Positions 1 through 11,984 of a stretch of 47,035 nt of DNA are shown piece by piece. The stretch is from Octopus bimaculoides. Its lineage: Eukaryota. The translations under genes and the position numbers were made by a program. The stretch lies in assembly GCF_001194135.2 (NCBI RefSeq), contig NC_068984.1:25936460-25983494 (forward strand), in the 5' to 3' direction. Below the pieces are notes generated by a model. That model saw only the letters and a list, made by a program, of their open reading frames with translations, did not search any database and had not been told where the DNA came from. Within the stretch, counting starts at the first letter, position 1; each line of letters opens with the position of its first letter.

Positions 1-346
1 ATTCACACAGTTAAAGTTGTTACTGAATGGAACGAGGAACATTCTTGTTAAGTTGAACATCTTATCTGGCCACCACAGTCCCCAGATATCAATATTATTG
101 AATATTTATGGTGCATTTTAGAAAAACAGGTAAGGAGTCGATATCCTCCACCATCATCACTACAAGAACTTGAAACTGTTTTAGCTGAAGAATAGAGAAA
201 AATTCCTTTGGAAACAATTCAAACTTTGTACGAGTCCATACCTCGTAGAATTCAAGCTGTAATTACTGCCAAAGGCAGTCCTACCCCATATTAAAATAAA
301 TTTGTTTGAAATTTTAAGGTGTTTCCATTATTTTGTTCAACCCCTG
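1..346 (+). mobile_element. Tc1-like DNA transposon, 3' end (transposase C-terminus with 2 in-frame stops, plus right TIR); DD36E-type spacing
   Basis: Frame 1 reads IHTVKVVTEWNEEHSC*VEHLIWPPQSPDINIIEYLWCILEKQV...EE*RKIPLETIQTLYESIPRRIQAVITAKGSPTPY* (stop 292-294), a Tc1 C-terminus (WPxQSPDLNxIE; PRRIxAVIxAKG). The end ...GGTGTTTCCATTATTTTGTTCAACCCCTG at 346 is followed by TA, the Tc1/mariner target site. Confidence 0.92.
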
Positions 347-465
347 TATATATACATACTCACACATACATATTACATACACATGCACATACGTACATGC
401 ATACATACATATACATATATACACATATATGTATTTTTATATGTACGTACATACATATATGTATA

Positions 466-700
466 CGAGGTCTGATCAATAGTATCCAGACTGTTGCCAT
501 AGACACGCAAAGTGAAGCCGCTAGGCAAAGATTGACTTTGAACTCTGCTGTGTATGCGCACTCTGCTGTGTACTAGCTCACTTCCGCTGTTAACAGCAGT
601 GCTTGGAAGGAAGGCGTGTAGCGTGTGATCGTTGCATTGACCATGACAGAGAAAGTTGTCATGGTGATACCTGCTCAGAGGCCTACGTCAATTGCACAAA
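466..700 (+). mobile_element. mariner-like transposon 5' fragment (left TIR plus internally deleted transposase start)
   Basis: TA (464-465) then CGAGGTCTGATCAATAGTATCCAGACTG, a mariner-type left end. ATG at 643 reads MTEKV, then after a deletion GDTCSEAY, like the mariner helix-turn-helix start. Confidence 0.6.
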
Positions 701-984
701 ATCTCCTTGATTGTGTCAAGAACGATGAAAACTATCCGAAAACTTAACAAACGTTCTAACATTGGACCAATGCAATCCTCCAAAATTTTGCAACCATTTT
801 TGAAACTTCATTCTTACCAGTGAGAATTGTATGTTGTTTTTCCATTTAACATTCATGATAATCTTGAACACTTTCATGCATTTTCTCCAGAATGTACTCA
901 ATTCTAACCTCAAGAAAGCAACACCCGATGAATTTCTCAAACCTTAGACAACAACAACAACAACAATATTTTTTTTTTATTTCG

Positions 985-1354
985 GAATAAAACCAACAGT
1001 TTTGAGGGGAAAAGGTTAATCGATACCATCGACCCCAGTACTTGACTGATACTTTGTTTTATTGACCTCAGACAGATGAAGAGCAAAGTTGATCTCTGCA
1101 GGATTTGAACTCGGAATGTGAAGAGCCGGAAACAAGAACAATAATAACTCTTTCTTATTTAGGCACAAGGCCAGTGGTTTTGAGGTTAAGGGGGTAGTCG
1201 ATATCATCAATTTAAGAATTTTACCGGTACTTTATTCTATCGACCTCAGAGGATAAAAGGCAAAGTTGATCTCAATGGGATTTGAACTCAGAAGGTAAAG
1301 AGCTGGAAGAAATACTACAAAGTATTTTTTCCGACGTTCTAATGATCCTGCTAG
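985..1354 (-). mobile_element. Two tandem degenerate copies of tRNA-derived SINE family A
   Basis: Both segments (about 985-1135 and 1141-1354) carry the reverse-complement B-box region GGATTTGAACTC(A/G)GAA and the ATCGAC...AGTAC tail module seen in the better copies at 26761 and 9970. Confidence 0.75.
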
Positions 1355-1359
1355 CATCT

Positions 1360-2140
1360 GGAAGAATGCTTTGCTAAGACGTTGGCAAGAAAAGCTTTTA
1401 CATGCTTAATAAACGAACAGAACTGAGTGAAACGGAAGTGGATAAAGAAAAGACTCAGCACTAGCTCAGAAATCAAGGATTCAAAGCTAAAACGGAGGAA
1501 TATTTATTTAATTACTGTGCAAAACCAAAGTATTCCGATTAGGAACTACTCCGAGTACAAAATATAATTGTATATTATGTGCAGACTGTGAAGAAAACAA
1601 TCGATCACGTTGCTTCTGAATCTTTGCTAAAACGTGACGTAAAATGACATAAAGAGACAGAGTTAGAAGTTATGTCAGTATTTTGAAACATACACAGAAA
1701 TCTGATAGAACAAACACTCCCTGCAAAAAGTTATCTGAGAATGACGAAGTGACAATGCCCTGAGGTATGACGATTCTGATTGACAGAGCGATAAAGAGAA
1801 ATGCCCCAGATATCATAGTCAAATACATTCAGAAAAAAGTGTCCTCCCGATCGAGATATCAATTCCACAGACGACATTGTATCTGTGAAAGAAACGGAGA
1901 CTTTATCCAATTATAAAGATCTGGAAATAGAGATAACCATAATGTGATGATTGAAAACAGAAATAATCGTAATATTAATAGGTGTCTTGGGACCGATAAA
2001 AAAAAAAAAAAGCAGACGAATTATAATGCACCGGACTTACATAGCATAAAGAAAATAGCACTGCTAGACACTGCAAATATTACATAGACATTATACCCAA
2101 TGAAAAGAGCAAAAATAAACCACAATGCAAAATCTACTCC
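1360..2140 (+). mobile_element. Degenerate R4/Dong-type non-LTR retrotransposon fragment (post-RT region, CCHC knuckle, RLE)
   Basis: Frameshifted translation gives RWQEKLLH...EVDKEKTQH*LRNQGFKAKTE...QNQSIPIRNY...CILCADCE...APDIIVK...YKDLEIEIT...IGVLG...KKIALLDTA, collinear with the cleaner copy at 24563-25287. Confidence 0.8.
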
Positions 2141-2387
2141 CATGATTTTTTGTATCCAAGAAAACATGGGAGTAGATTTGGTTGCGCAATGAAAGCATAC
2201 CGATATAACTAAGCTACAATTTTGAGAGAATGTATAGACGTTCAAATCGACTACAGTATTGTCTTATATTTTATTGAATTTGGATTAACGAAAGCGAATT
2301 CGGCTTCCCTGTTGATTTCAACTCAGAATGTAAAGAGAAATGTAACTAAATATCTCTCTACCGATTTTGTGATCCACCATCACCACC

Positions 2388-2602
2388 ATGGCGAGTTGGC
2401 AGAAATGATTGCACTCCGAGCAAAATGCTTGGCGGCATTTTGTTCCTTTTTCCTATCTGAGTTCAAATTGCGAAGTCAACTTTACCTTTCATCCTTTCGA
2501 AGTCTGTAAAATAAGTACCAGTTGAGCACTGGAGTCGATGTAATCGACTTCTCCACCCCTCAAAATTGCCGGGCTTGTGCCAAAATAAGAAAGGATTATA
2601 AT
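2388..2602 (+). mobile_element. SINE family A, near full length
   Basis: GGCGAGTTGGCAGAA (A-box-like head), GAGTTCAAATT (B box), tail AAAATAAGTACCAGTTGAGCACTGGAGTCGATGTAATCGAC...CTTGTGCCAAAAT. Confidence 0.85.
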
Positions 2603-2714
2603 TCAAGATTGAAAGTTGACTCGAGACATTTGAACTCAAAAATTTGAAGAATGAAACTAATCTGTTTCATTCGCTTCACAGCTACTAGTTTTAATTATAG
2701 TAATAATTTTAGTA

Positions 2715-2940
2715 TAACAGTTTCTGATTTGGGCACAAGGCCGACAAATTTCTGAGGAGGAGGGGTTAGTCGATATCTTCGACCCTAGTACTTGACTGGT
2801 ACTTTGCTTTATCGACCTGAACGGATGAGAGCAAAGCTGACCTCAGCAGGATTTGAACTCAGAATATAACAAGCCAGAACGAATGTCGCAACGCATTCCC
2901 ACCCCCAACTCTCTAATGATTTTGCCAATCCGTCGCCCTA
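2715..2940 (-). mobile_element. SINE family A, near full length (inverted relative to 2388-2602)
   Basis: Reverse complement of the same modules: GGCACAAGGCC...AGTCGATATCTTCGACCCTAGTAC...GATTTGAACTCAGAA...GATTTTGCCAATCCGTCGCC. Confidence 0.8.
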
Positions 2941-2953
2941 ATTGTTTTAAACA

Positions 2954-3020
<67 letters not shown>
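2954..3020. repeat. (ACT)n trinucleotide microsatellite
   Basis: About 22 perfect ACT units. Confidence 0.97.
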
Positions 3021-3021
<1 letters not shown>

Positions 3022-4959
3022 TTTACCTCTGGAACAGGTCTCTTATTTTGGGATGGGACGTTGCCGGTTTAAATGTGTAGAATACGTTTTTTAATGGTTT
3101 GCTCACAAATCGCGTTCGTCCATTGGAGATTGATGAAAACCACAACTTCGACTAAGAGGCATTTCAATGAGAAATCGCGACTGCTCCTGCCTTTATGACA
3201 TTTTTCTTATGTAAGTGAGGAAAACTACTGAAGCGGCGGTATTTCATCATCATGGACGTACGTGATATTCCGATCACTGCAACTAAAGATCTACCGCCTT
3301 TTTGGAGTTAAAAGAAAAAAGAGAAGCTCCCGTGATTTGTTCATGAGTTTGCGAGGAGAATTTGTGCAGAATCATGCATGCTGTGTCATTTCGAATCATC
3401 TGGATCCAGCGGTAAGACAGGTCAGAAGAGTGGAAGATGATACTAGATGCAGGAATTGCCGGAGACTTGATAGAGTTGAAAAGAAAAAATCTTCGTAGAC
3501 GTGCGCCGATATTTCTCTCTGAATGATTTCTCTTAGCTAGTTACTAACCCTAGCACTTGCATGATAGTGAAACTATTTTGATTTTTAGTTCTATCTAAGG
3601 GTCCATCACTACCAGCGGTCTTAATAATGCTTGGTCCCTGTGCACTAATATAAAACAACCATTTGCACTAATATAAAACAACCATTTGCTCGTTTTCAGC
3701 CCCCGTTGGTTTTTGCCCTTATCACTAGGTTAGCCTAGCCGGTGCGCCAGGACCGCCAACGACGATTCAAATACGTAACAGATTGTATTGGTTATATGTT
3801 ACCAATAGCTCTCACGACTAACCTGATACTTAACCAAGTGGTACGAACGGTAAGGCGGCGTAATGGAAGAAGTTTTAGAACCTCCGACAGAATGCTTTGA
3901 GTTATTTGTTCGAGCTTTCTGTTTAATTTAGTCAGTACGACTATGTCCATACTGGAGCACCTTCTTCGTGGAGTGATTGAACCCGAGATTGCATGATAGC
4001 GAAGCTAACTTCTGAACTTTTCTGTCGAACGTGTGTCCTATGTTTATGTGCGCATACACATTTTTACGCATTCACCCACCAACACTCATCCACACACTCA
4101 CCCATACACACCCACACATACATTCAAATAAGCATACACACACACACGCAAGATTCTTCATATGTATAGAAGATCCAAAAATAAAATTGCAGAAGACAAA
4201 AAGAGAAACGAACACTTAATCCAGCGGTCCTGTACCCAGATATGCACCTATACATACAGGTGGATGTCGGTATGCACATACCTGTACGTATATATGCATA
4301 TACTCATTTACTATTTGTTTTTACATGATTGAACGCAGCGTCTCCAATTGTAAGTAGTTTTTCGTAACTTCATATTTTCCGACGCTACTCTATCTCTTTN
4401 NNNNNNNNNNNNNNNNNNNNNNNNNNNNNNNNNNNNNNNNNNNNNNNNNNNNNNNNNNNNNNNNNNNNNNNNNNNNNNNNNNNNNNNNNNNNNNNNNNNN
4501 NNNNNNNNNNNNNNNNNNNNNNNNNNNNNNNNNNNNNNNNNNNNNNNNNNNNNNNNNNNNNNNNNNNNNNNNNNNNNNNNNNNNNNNNNNNNNNNNNNNN
4601 NNNNNNNNNNNNNNNNNNNNNNNNNNNNNNNNNNNNNNNNNNNNNNNNNNNNNNNNNNNNNNNNNNNNNNNNNNNNNNNNNNNNNNNNNNNNNNNNNNNN
4701 NNNNNNNNNNNNNNNNNNNNNNNNNNNNNNNNNNNNNNNNNNNNNNNNNNNNNNNNNNNNNNNNNNNNNNNNNNNNNNNNNNNNNNNNNNNNNNNNNNNN
4801 NNNNNNNNNNNNNNNNNNNNNNNNNNNNNNNNNNNNNNNNNNNNNNNNNNNNNNNNNNNNNNNNNNNNNNNNNNNNNNNNNNNNNNNNNNNNNNNNNNNN
4901 NNNNNNNNNNNNNNNNNNNNNNNNNNNNNNNNNNNNNNNNNNNNNNNNNNNNNNNNNNN

Positions 4960-4994
<35 letters not shown>

Positions 4995-6204
4995 AATTCA
5001 AATTTACAGAAAAAAAAGACGAAGATGGATGAGGAAACAACAAGCAAGTGTATTACTTTTACGATCGAGAAGAATGCAAAAGTCTTTGCCGTTTCGAGCC
5101 TACGCTCTTCGACAGTAAGGATTGATATGGGAAAAAAAGAAAAAAAAAACAGAGGGATTACGTGCACACATGTACACACACACTCATACAGAGCCATACA
5201 TACATATACATACACATACATATACCTATATACATGAATACTCGCATATATGTACGCGAGCGTGCCTGGGTGTGTTTCTGGTTCTGTGTATTTGTGTGGC
5301 GTGTGTATGTGTGTGTGTGCGTGCGCGCGTGCATGCACCGCTGTGTGTTTATACCAGTGTATCGATGGATGTCTACACGCATTAGATACGCTTCTCTATA
5401 AACTAAGGTTTATCAATGTGTTCGTAGCTGTTTCTCTGCTCACATTTGCCATTCCTCTTCAAATATGTAACAAGCCGTGTAATAACATAACTTTAAGCAA
5501 TCACTGGGTAACAAACGATTAGCTAATTACCTCCAAACTCTCTCTCCTACAGCAGAACGATTTAGGATAAATAAATAAAGAAAGAAGAAAACCACTGAGC
5601 TGGGACTGACTTGCAATAACTAACGAAATCCCAGGGCTGGAACGGAAAGACTATTTTTAACGAAATAACCAGATAGTCATAATATAGGAATACGAAACTG
5701 TGAGGGCTAGCTCTGACATCCACTGACCAACTGCATGCATGTATGTATGTGTGTATGTATGTATGTATGTATGTATGTATGTATGTATGTACGCGCGCTC
5801 GTGTATGTATGTATTTTGTCTGAATATATATATATGATATATGCATGTGTGTGTGTATATATNNNNNNNNNNNNNNNNNNNNNNNNNNNNNNNNNNNNNN
5901 NNNNNNNNNNNNNNNNNNNNNNNNNNNNNNNNNNNNNNNNNNNNNNNNNNNNNNNNNNNNNNNNNNNNNNNNNNNNNNNNNNNNNNNNNNNNNNNNNNNN
6001 NNNNNNNNNNNNTGAATGTATGTATGTGTTTATGAATTTATGTGAGTATTTATGTATGTGTGTGTGTGTGTAGGTACGTGTATGTATACTCATATGCACA
6101 CATACACAGATACTAATGAATGCATATATACACGAAAGTGGTGCTCCAGCCAAGACTTAACGATAATAGCTAAAACAAACAAAAGAACATACACAGATCT
6201 GTCT

Positions 6205-6205
6205 G

Positions 6206-6268
<63 letters not shown>
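6205..6268. repeat. (TCTA)n tetranucleotide microsatellite
   Basis: Perfect TCTA run. Confidence 0.95.
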
Positions 6269-6269
<1 letters not shown>

Positions 6270-6442
6270 CACACACAAACACTTATATAGAAGATGCACA
6301 GTGCACAGTTACACAGGTATACACATACACCTACTACAGTCACACCTACGCGCATACATATACATTCACACATGCACGTACACACTCATACACACATATG
6401 AATGCATGTATACACATATGTATATCTATCTAGATATGCATG

Positions 6443-6473
<31 letters not shown>

Positions 6474-6620
6474 CACACATACAAAAAGAGAGAGTATAGT
6501 TGAGAGAGATAGAGATAGAGATAAAGACAGACAGATATATATATGTATATATATGTATATATATGTATATATATTATATACACACATACAAAAAGAGAGA
6601 GTATAGTTGAGAGAGATAGA

Positions 6621-6624
<4 letters not shown>

Positions 6625-6705
<81 letters not shown>
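6625..6705. repeat. (TA)n microsatellite
   Basis: About 40 TA units. Confidence 0.97.
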
Positions 6706-6713
<8 letters not shown>

Positions 6714-6925
6714 ATATATAGCTAGCTAGATAGATAGATAGAGGAGAGAGAAAGAGAGAAATGAAATAACACAGAAGTAAAACTGATTCGGTCATTAGGA
6801 GTAGGAGCCGAGGCAGACTGTTATTGTACGGTTTCGTTTCCTGTCTTCGGTTTACTTTGATCTAAGTGTTTACCTGTTTTCACAGATAACATTGATTTGC
6901 AGTCAATTGCTGCTTCCAACACACG

Positions 6926-6926
<1 letters not shown>

Positions 6927-7012
<86 letters not shown>
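6927..7012. repeat. (TC)n microsatellite
   Basis: About 43 TC units. Confidence 0.97.
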
Positions 7013-7015
<3 letters not shown>

Positions 7016-7502
7016 GCCAGACAGTCTAAAGACTGCTGCCGAACACCCACACAGTTTTAATTGTCTTGCCAGCTTTTTATTCCAGCCACTTCTTTTGCTT
7101 CTCTTCCAGATCGTCTGCCTCACTTTCTCTTCATTTTACGCTTATATCGCAATCCTGTTTTTCTTTTGTTATATTTCAATTTACAATTTTTTATATAATT
7201 TTTTTTACTTTATAACTAATTGTTTTTGGTATCTTTTTTCTTTTATCAGTTTTCATTTTCTTCCATTTTTTCTTTCACATTTTCTTTCGCTTTATTCATC
7301 TTTTCTTTCGATTTTTTTCTTCATACATCTTTGCATTTTTCTTTTGTCCGCCATGTCTTCTCTTCTGCCATTTCATAAATTCTGTTTCTATGGCAGAAAG
7401 AAAGAAATTCCAATGTCACACTATATACCCCGGTATACAGAAAGAACCAGCAGAGCATTGGAATAAAGACGTTTTGGTATTTAGTTTCGTCAGTATATGG
7501 TC

Positions 7503-7660
7503 TAAGATGGTGAACTGGCAGAATCATTAGCACGTAGAACAAAATGCTCGGCAGCATTCCTTCCGGCTCTTTACGTTCTGAGTTCAAATCCTGCCGAGGT
7601 TAACTTTGCTTTTCACCCGTTCGGATTCGATAAAATAAAGTATTGTACAAATACTGGGAT
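7503..7660 (+). mobile_element. SINE family A, 3'-degenerate copy
   Basis: AAGATGGTGAACTGGCAGAATCATTAGCAC...TTTACGTTCTGAGTTCAAATCCTGCCGAGG...CGATAAAATAAAGTA. Confidence 0.8.
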
Positions 7661-7712
7661 AAACATAATATACTGGTGAAGGAGCAACAAAAACGATTGT
7701 TACTGTTCTTAC

Positions 7713-8305
7713 GCTTCCAGTTAACAAATGAGATAAATATGTATCACAATAAATTGGTTGATCCTTCTCCCGTTGAGCTGAATCTGCAACACATTCTAAA
7801 TGACTTTCGGGTAAAATGAACGTTATAACTTGCCATGTACTCATTCCTTAAAAATACTGCTTTTGCTCCCATTCAGAAGAATGCAATATAGGAAGCTACG
7901 AAGGCTATGTAATATAGTGGAGAGTAGTGGATGATGCAGTCAATTCTGGATATCTGTTGACTTATTGAGAGCCTGACTGAATACCTTTGTTTTCACGTAA
8001 TAAGTCGTCTAACATATTAAATCTATAGAACTAGGTGAGCTCGCGGACGTTGAGTATCAAACCTCTTTGTCACGGACCATTAGAATAGTAGTGACAACTA
8101 TTAACTGTATTTCTCAGCTTCAGGTCCGTTAAACTATTATGAATAGCTATCTTCTCTCGATATTGATTTACAGACCAGTTGAGGGATTTCAGATACCGCA
8201 CACTATCTTGACAATGTGGACAAATGAAAATGCCAAAAAATATATTGTTAATATTATTTAAACTCACTTGGAGTGATTCTTCCGAAATTAGAGTGGTACA
8301 TATTG
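7713..8305 (-). CDS. Candidate pair of internal coding exons of an unidentified gene (8268-8305 and 7713-7846)
   Basis: Exon 1: TGTTTTAG|38 nt|GTGAGT. Exon 2: TTTTTAAG|134 nt|GTAAGA. 421-nt intron. The phases join into a 57-codon stop-free peptide NMYHSNFGRITPRMSTWQVITFILPESHLECVADSAQREKDQPIYCDTYLSHLLTGS. No homology recognised. Confidence 0.3.
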
Positions 8306-9063
8306 CTAAAACAATACATTTGCTATTTAGTTTCGTTTTCCTGGATTCTTAGTTCCAATTTCGCCTAGATCGCCTTTATCTTTCTAAAGTCAATGAAATA
8401 GATATTAGTAATATAATGAAAGTAGATTCCATCATATGTATCCTCACCCTCTGCTTGTTATTGGTCGTGTGTGTCGTCAAAAGAAAGGTAATTATGTTGG
8501 TAGAAGCCGCCAGAGATTTGGATTAAACGCCTTTCCGTTGTCAATTTCGTCCCGCTACATTCTGTGTTCAAATCTCATGGGAGCAAGCGTTGCTTTTCAA
8601 CTCTGAAGGGGCGATAACGCAAGCATTAGTTTTATTCTGGTACAAAAATTGGCTTTGTGCCTATTAATAAAAAAACTTAAATTAAATAAAAAAAAGCATG
8701 ATAAAAAAATAAAAGGAAAAATGCTGCGGAAGTAAGTAGTTTACTTGATAGGAAGTAATTTGGAAATATGAGGAAAAAAAGATAGAAGTGAAGCCATAGA
8801 GATGATATCAAAAGGAAGGAAATTTTGGAAGAAAACTCCGAAGTGAAGAGTTTCAGATGCAATACATTAATGTCTCATAGAGAAAAGCCCAAGATTGGGT
8901 GTCACAAACAGTTTTATATCTAACGGATATCACAGTTACACCTCTAAGTTTAAAATGTGTATTTTTAGACTTCACTTTTATCGTAGACTAAGAGCTGATG
9001 ATAGCAAATGGATGAGAGGAAAAACAAAGCATTAGATAGCATGAAACTAGTAGTGAAAAGAGT

Positions 9064-9437
9064 GGAGGCGCAATGGCCCAGTGGTTAGGGGCAGCGGACT
9101 CGCGGTCATAGGATCGCGGTTTCGATTCCCAGACCGGGCGTTGTGAGTGTTTAATGAGCGAAAACACCTAAAGCTCCAACGAGGCTCCGGCAGGGGATGG
9201 TGGCGAACCCTGCTGTACTCTTTCACCACAACTTTCTCTCACTCTTACTTCCTGTTTCTGTTGTGCCTGTACTTCAAAGGGTCAGCCCTGTCACGCTGAA
9301 TATCCCCGAGAACTACGTTAAGAGTACACGTGTCTGTGGAGTGCTCAGCCACTTGCACGTTAATTTCACAAGCAGGCTGTTCCGTTGATCGGATCAACTG
9401 GAACCCTCGACGTCGTAAGCGACGGAGTGCCAACAAC
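9064..9437 (+). mobile_element. Full-length tRNA-derived SINE family B with target-site duplication
   Basis: Pol III A box TGGCCCAGTGG (9074-9084), B box GGTTTCGATTCC (9118-9129), (CAA)n-like tail, and an 11-bp direct repeat AGTAGTGAAAA at 9049-9059 and 9438-9448. Confidence 0.9.
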
Positions 9438-9524
9438 AGTAGTGAAAATAAGTTTGATGATGCGATAACAATGATGCTGCCGTTACTGTTGACGATGATG
9501 ATAATGATGTTGAAGATAATAATA

Positions 9525-10180
9525 GTTTAAAATTTTGGCACAGGGCCAGCAATTTTAGAGAAGGTGGGGGTCAGTCGATTACATCTACCACTGCGCTCAC
9601 TGGTACTCATTTTTATCGACTCCGAGAGAACGAAAAGCAAAGTCATCCTAGGTGGAATTTGAACTCAGAACGTAAAGCCAGAAGAAATGCCGCTAAGCTT
9701 TTTGTCCAGCATGCTAACGATTCTGCCAGCTCACGTTTTGATGAAGATAATATTAGTTTCAAATTTTGGCACAAGGCCTGCTATTTCGGGAGAGGAGACG
9801 GGGGTCGATGTAACCAACCCCAGAGTTCAACTGTTACTTATTTTGTCCATCCCGAAAGGATGAAAGGCAAAGTCTACCTTGGCGGAATTTGAACTCAGAA
9901 CATAGAACGGACGAAATGCTGTTAAACATTTTACTCGGTGTGCTAACGGTTCTGCCCTCTCGCCGTCTTTTTTCTACAATAAGCACAAGGCCTGAAATTT
10001 GGGGGAGGGGGATAGTCGAATACATTAACCCAGTACTTAACTGGTACTTAATTTATCGACCCCGAAAGGATGAAAAGCAAAGTCGACCTCGGCGGAATTT
10101 GAACTCAGAACGGAGCGTCGGGCGAAATCCTGCTAAACATTTCGCCTGGCGTGCTAACGATTCTGCCAGCTCACCGCCTT
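9525..10180 (-). mobile_element. Three head-to-tail copies of SINE family A (about 9525-9734, 9757-9969, 9970-10180)
   Basis: Each unit runs GCACA(A/G)GGCC...GTCGA...GGAATTTGAACTCAGAAC...GCTAACG(A/G)TTCTGCC. Confidence 0.9.
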
Positions 10181-10212
10181 CTTTTTGATGAAGATAATGA
10201 CGATGTCCATGA

Positions 10213-10273
10213 CGAAGAAGAAGAAGAAGAAGAAGAAGAAGAAGAAGAAGAAGAAGAAGAAGAAGAAGAAGAA

Positions 10274-10310
<37 letters not shown>

Positions 10311-10331
10311 GTAGTGGTGTTGGTGGTGGTG
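10213..10331. repeat. Compound trinucleotide microsatellite (GAA)n-(GAT)n-(GGT)n
   Basis: Direct observation. It produces the spurious poly-E/D and poly-H/L ORFs. Confidence 0.97.
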
Positions 10332-11574
10332 AAGATTATATATGTGATGATGGGACATGGATGATACGGAGGAAAAGAGCAGCATGAGCATCGGAGAGAT
10401 TTGTGTTGGGATGGTGTATAGGATACCTGTTCAAAGGATGCTGAGACGACTGATTATTTGAAAAGACAGAGTGAGCGTATAAGCATGAGTCTGCCGTATA
10501 AGCGTGTATAGGTTGCATTGCTCGGGGAGTGGGGCAATAAACTCAAGAACTGCTCCGGGCAGCACACACTGACCTCAGCACTTGACTGGTACTTAATTTA
10601 TTGACCTCGAAAGAATGAAAAGCAAAGCTGACATTAGCGTTAGGCCCTAGCTTTCTTTTTTTATTGCTATAAGGGCAGCAGAACGGTAAGTTTTTAAAAT
10701 TGAATGATGATGATGAAAATAATTTTCAACAAAGAGACAAGGCCATCTGATTTTGCTACCCGCCACACTTAATCAAAAAGTATTATTATAATAAACAAGA
10801 TTATGATAATTTCATTATTCACCATAAAAGCAAACAAAATGCTGGGATGAGACAACAAAAACAAACAAAACAAAACATGACAAATAGGAAAAAAAAGACC
10901 GAAGATAAAGTATATTCCCGTAAAAACGGACTTAGTAATAGCTTCAAAGTCGGAGAAGAAACTTAGACATTTGGTGAGGCTGAATACTGGTAATTAAGAG
11001 TCTTTGAAAAGGAACAATAGTGTGTCATGCATCCAAATTGCAGAAGATAAAAGTTAAATTGTTCCCCCGTCAAGCAAGAAATTAACTGTCTAGAAATGTG
11101 ACGCCCCGCTGTTTGTAGAATCATTAACTTTACAAGTGAAGAACATAAAGGACGGAGAGACTTGCTTTTATTATTTCATTTTTGATATTTTAATATCTTC
11201 ATTATTATATTTACTATTCTGTTCTTCCTTTTATTTCTATCATACGCAGACGTGCGCGCGCATACACACGCATGTACATATATGTAATCCAACAGACAGA
11301 CAGACACACAATTCGTACACGGATACACACGCACACACACCTACACACAAACACATACAGAAAACATGTACACCAACACATAGACTCATGTAAGTAGTCA
11401 CATACGTTAAATCCATATAAGCAAATGCGTATATACGGTATGCCTGTGATACATACAAACACATACACATATGCGCGCGCACACATGCACATATATGTAT
11501 ACATATACATGCACACATACACACGTATATATCATATATGAAAATAGGCGGAACGCATGAACTTTTTCTTTCAC

Positions 11575-11583
11575 ACACACACG

Positions 11584-11633
<50 letters not shown>

Positions 11634-11645
11634 CACACACACACA
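11575..11645. repeat. (CA)n microsatellite
   Basis: Near-perfect CA run. Confidence 0.95.
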
Positions 11646-11924
11646 CGTGTTTGTGTGGGCTTATGTAGTTCTGGATACACTGTGTCTGGGAAAAACAAGA
11701 TGGCCACGACAGGCATAAATTTTTTGATTATATGTCTGCACGCTCAGGGCTATCGTTAGGCTAAAACAAACAACAACACCCAGTGTGTGCGTGTGTGTGT
11801 ATGTGCGTGAGAGTGTGTGTGTCTTTGTGTGTGTGTATAAATATTTATATATGTGTATGTATATATGTATACATATATACATATGTATGTATATTTGTAT
11901 GCATATATATATATATGCCTGTAA

Positions 11925-11984
<60 letters not shown>

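Noticed and set aside
6461-6622. About 55-bp direct repeat (6461-6515 and 6570-6622)
   Set aside because: Embedded in TA/GA microsatellites; ordinary slippage duplication or mis-assembly.
9064-9140. tRNA-like sequence with A and B boxes
   Set aside because: No complete cloverleaf or acceptor stem. It continues into a SINE body with a tail and TSD, so it is a SINE head, not a tRNA gene.
10053-10391. Poly-Glu/Asp and poly-His/Leu ORFs
   Set aside because: Translations of the (GAA)n(GAT)n microsatellite plus SINE sequence.
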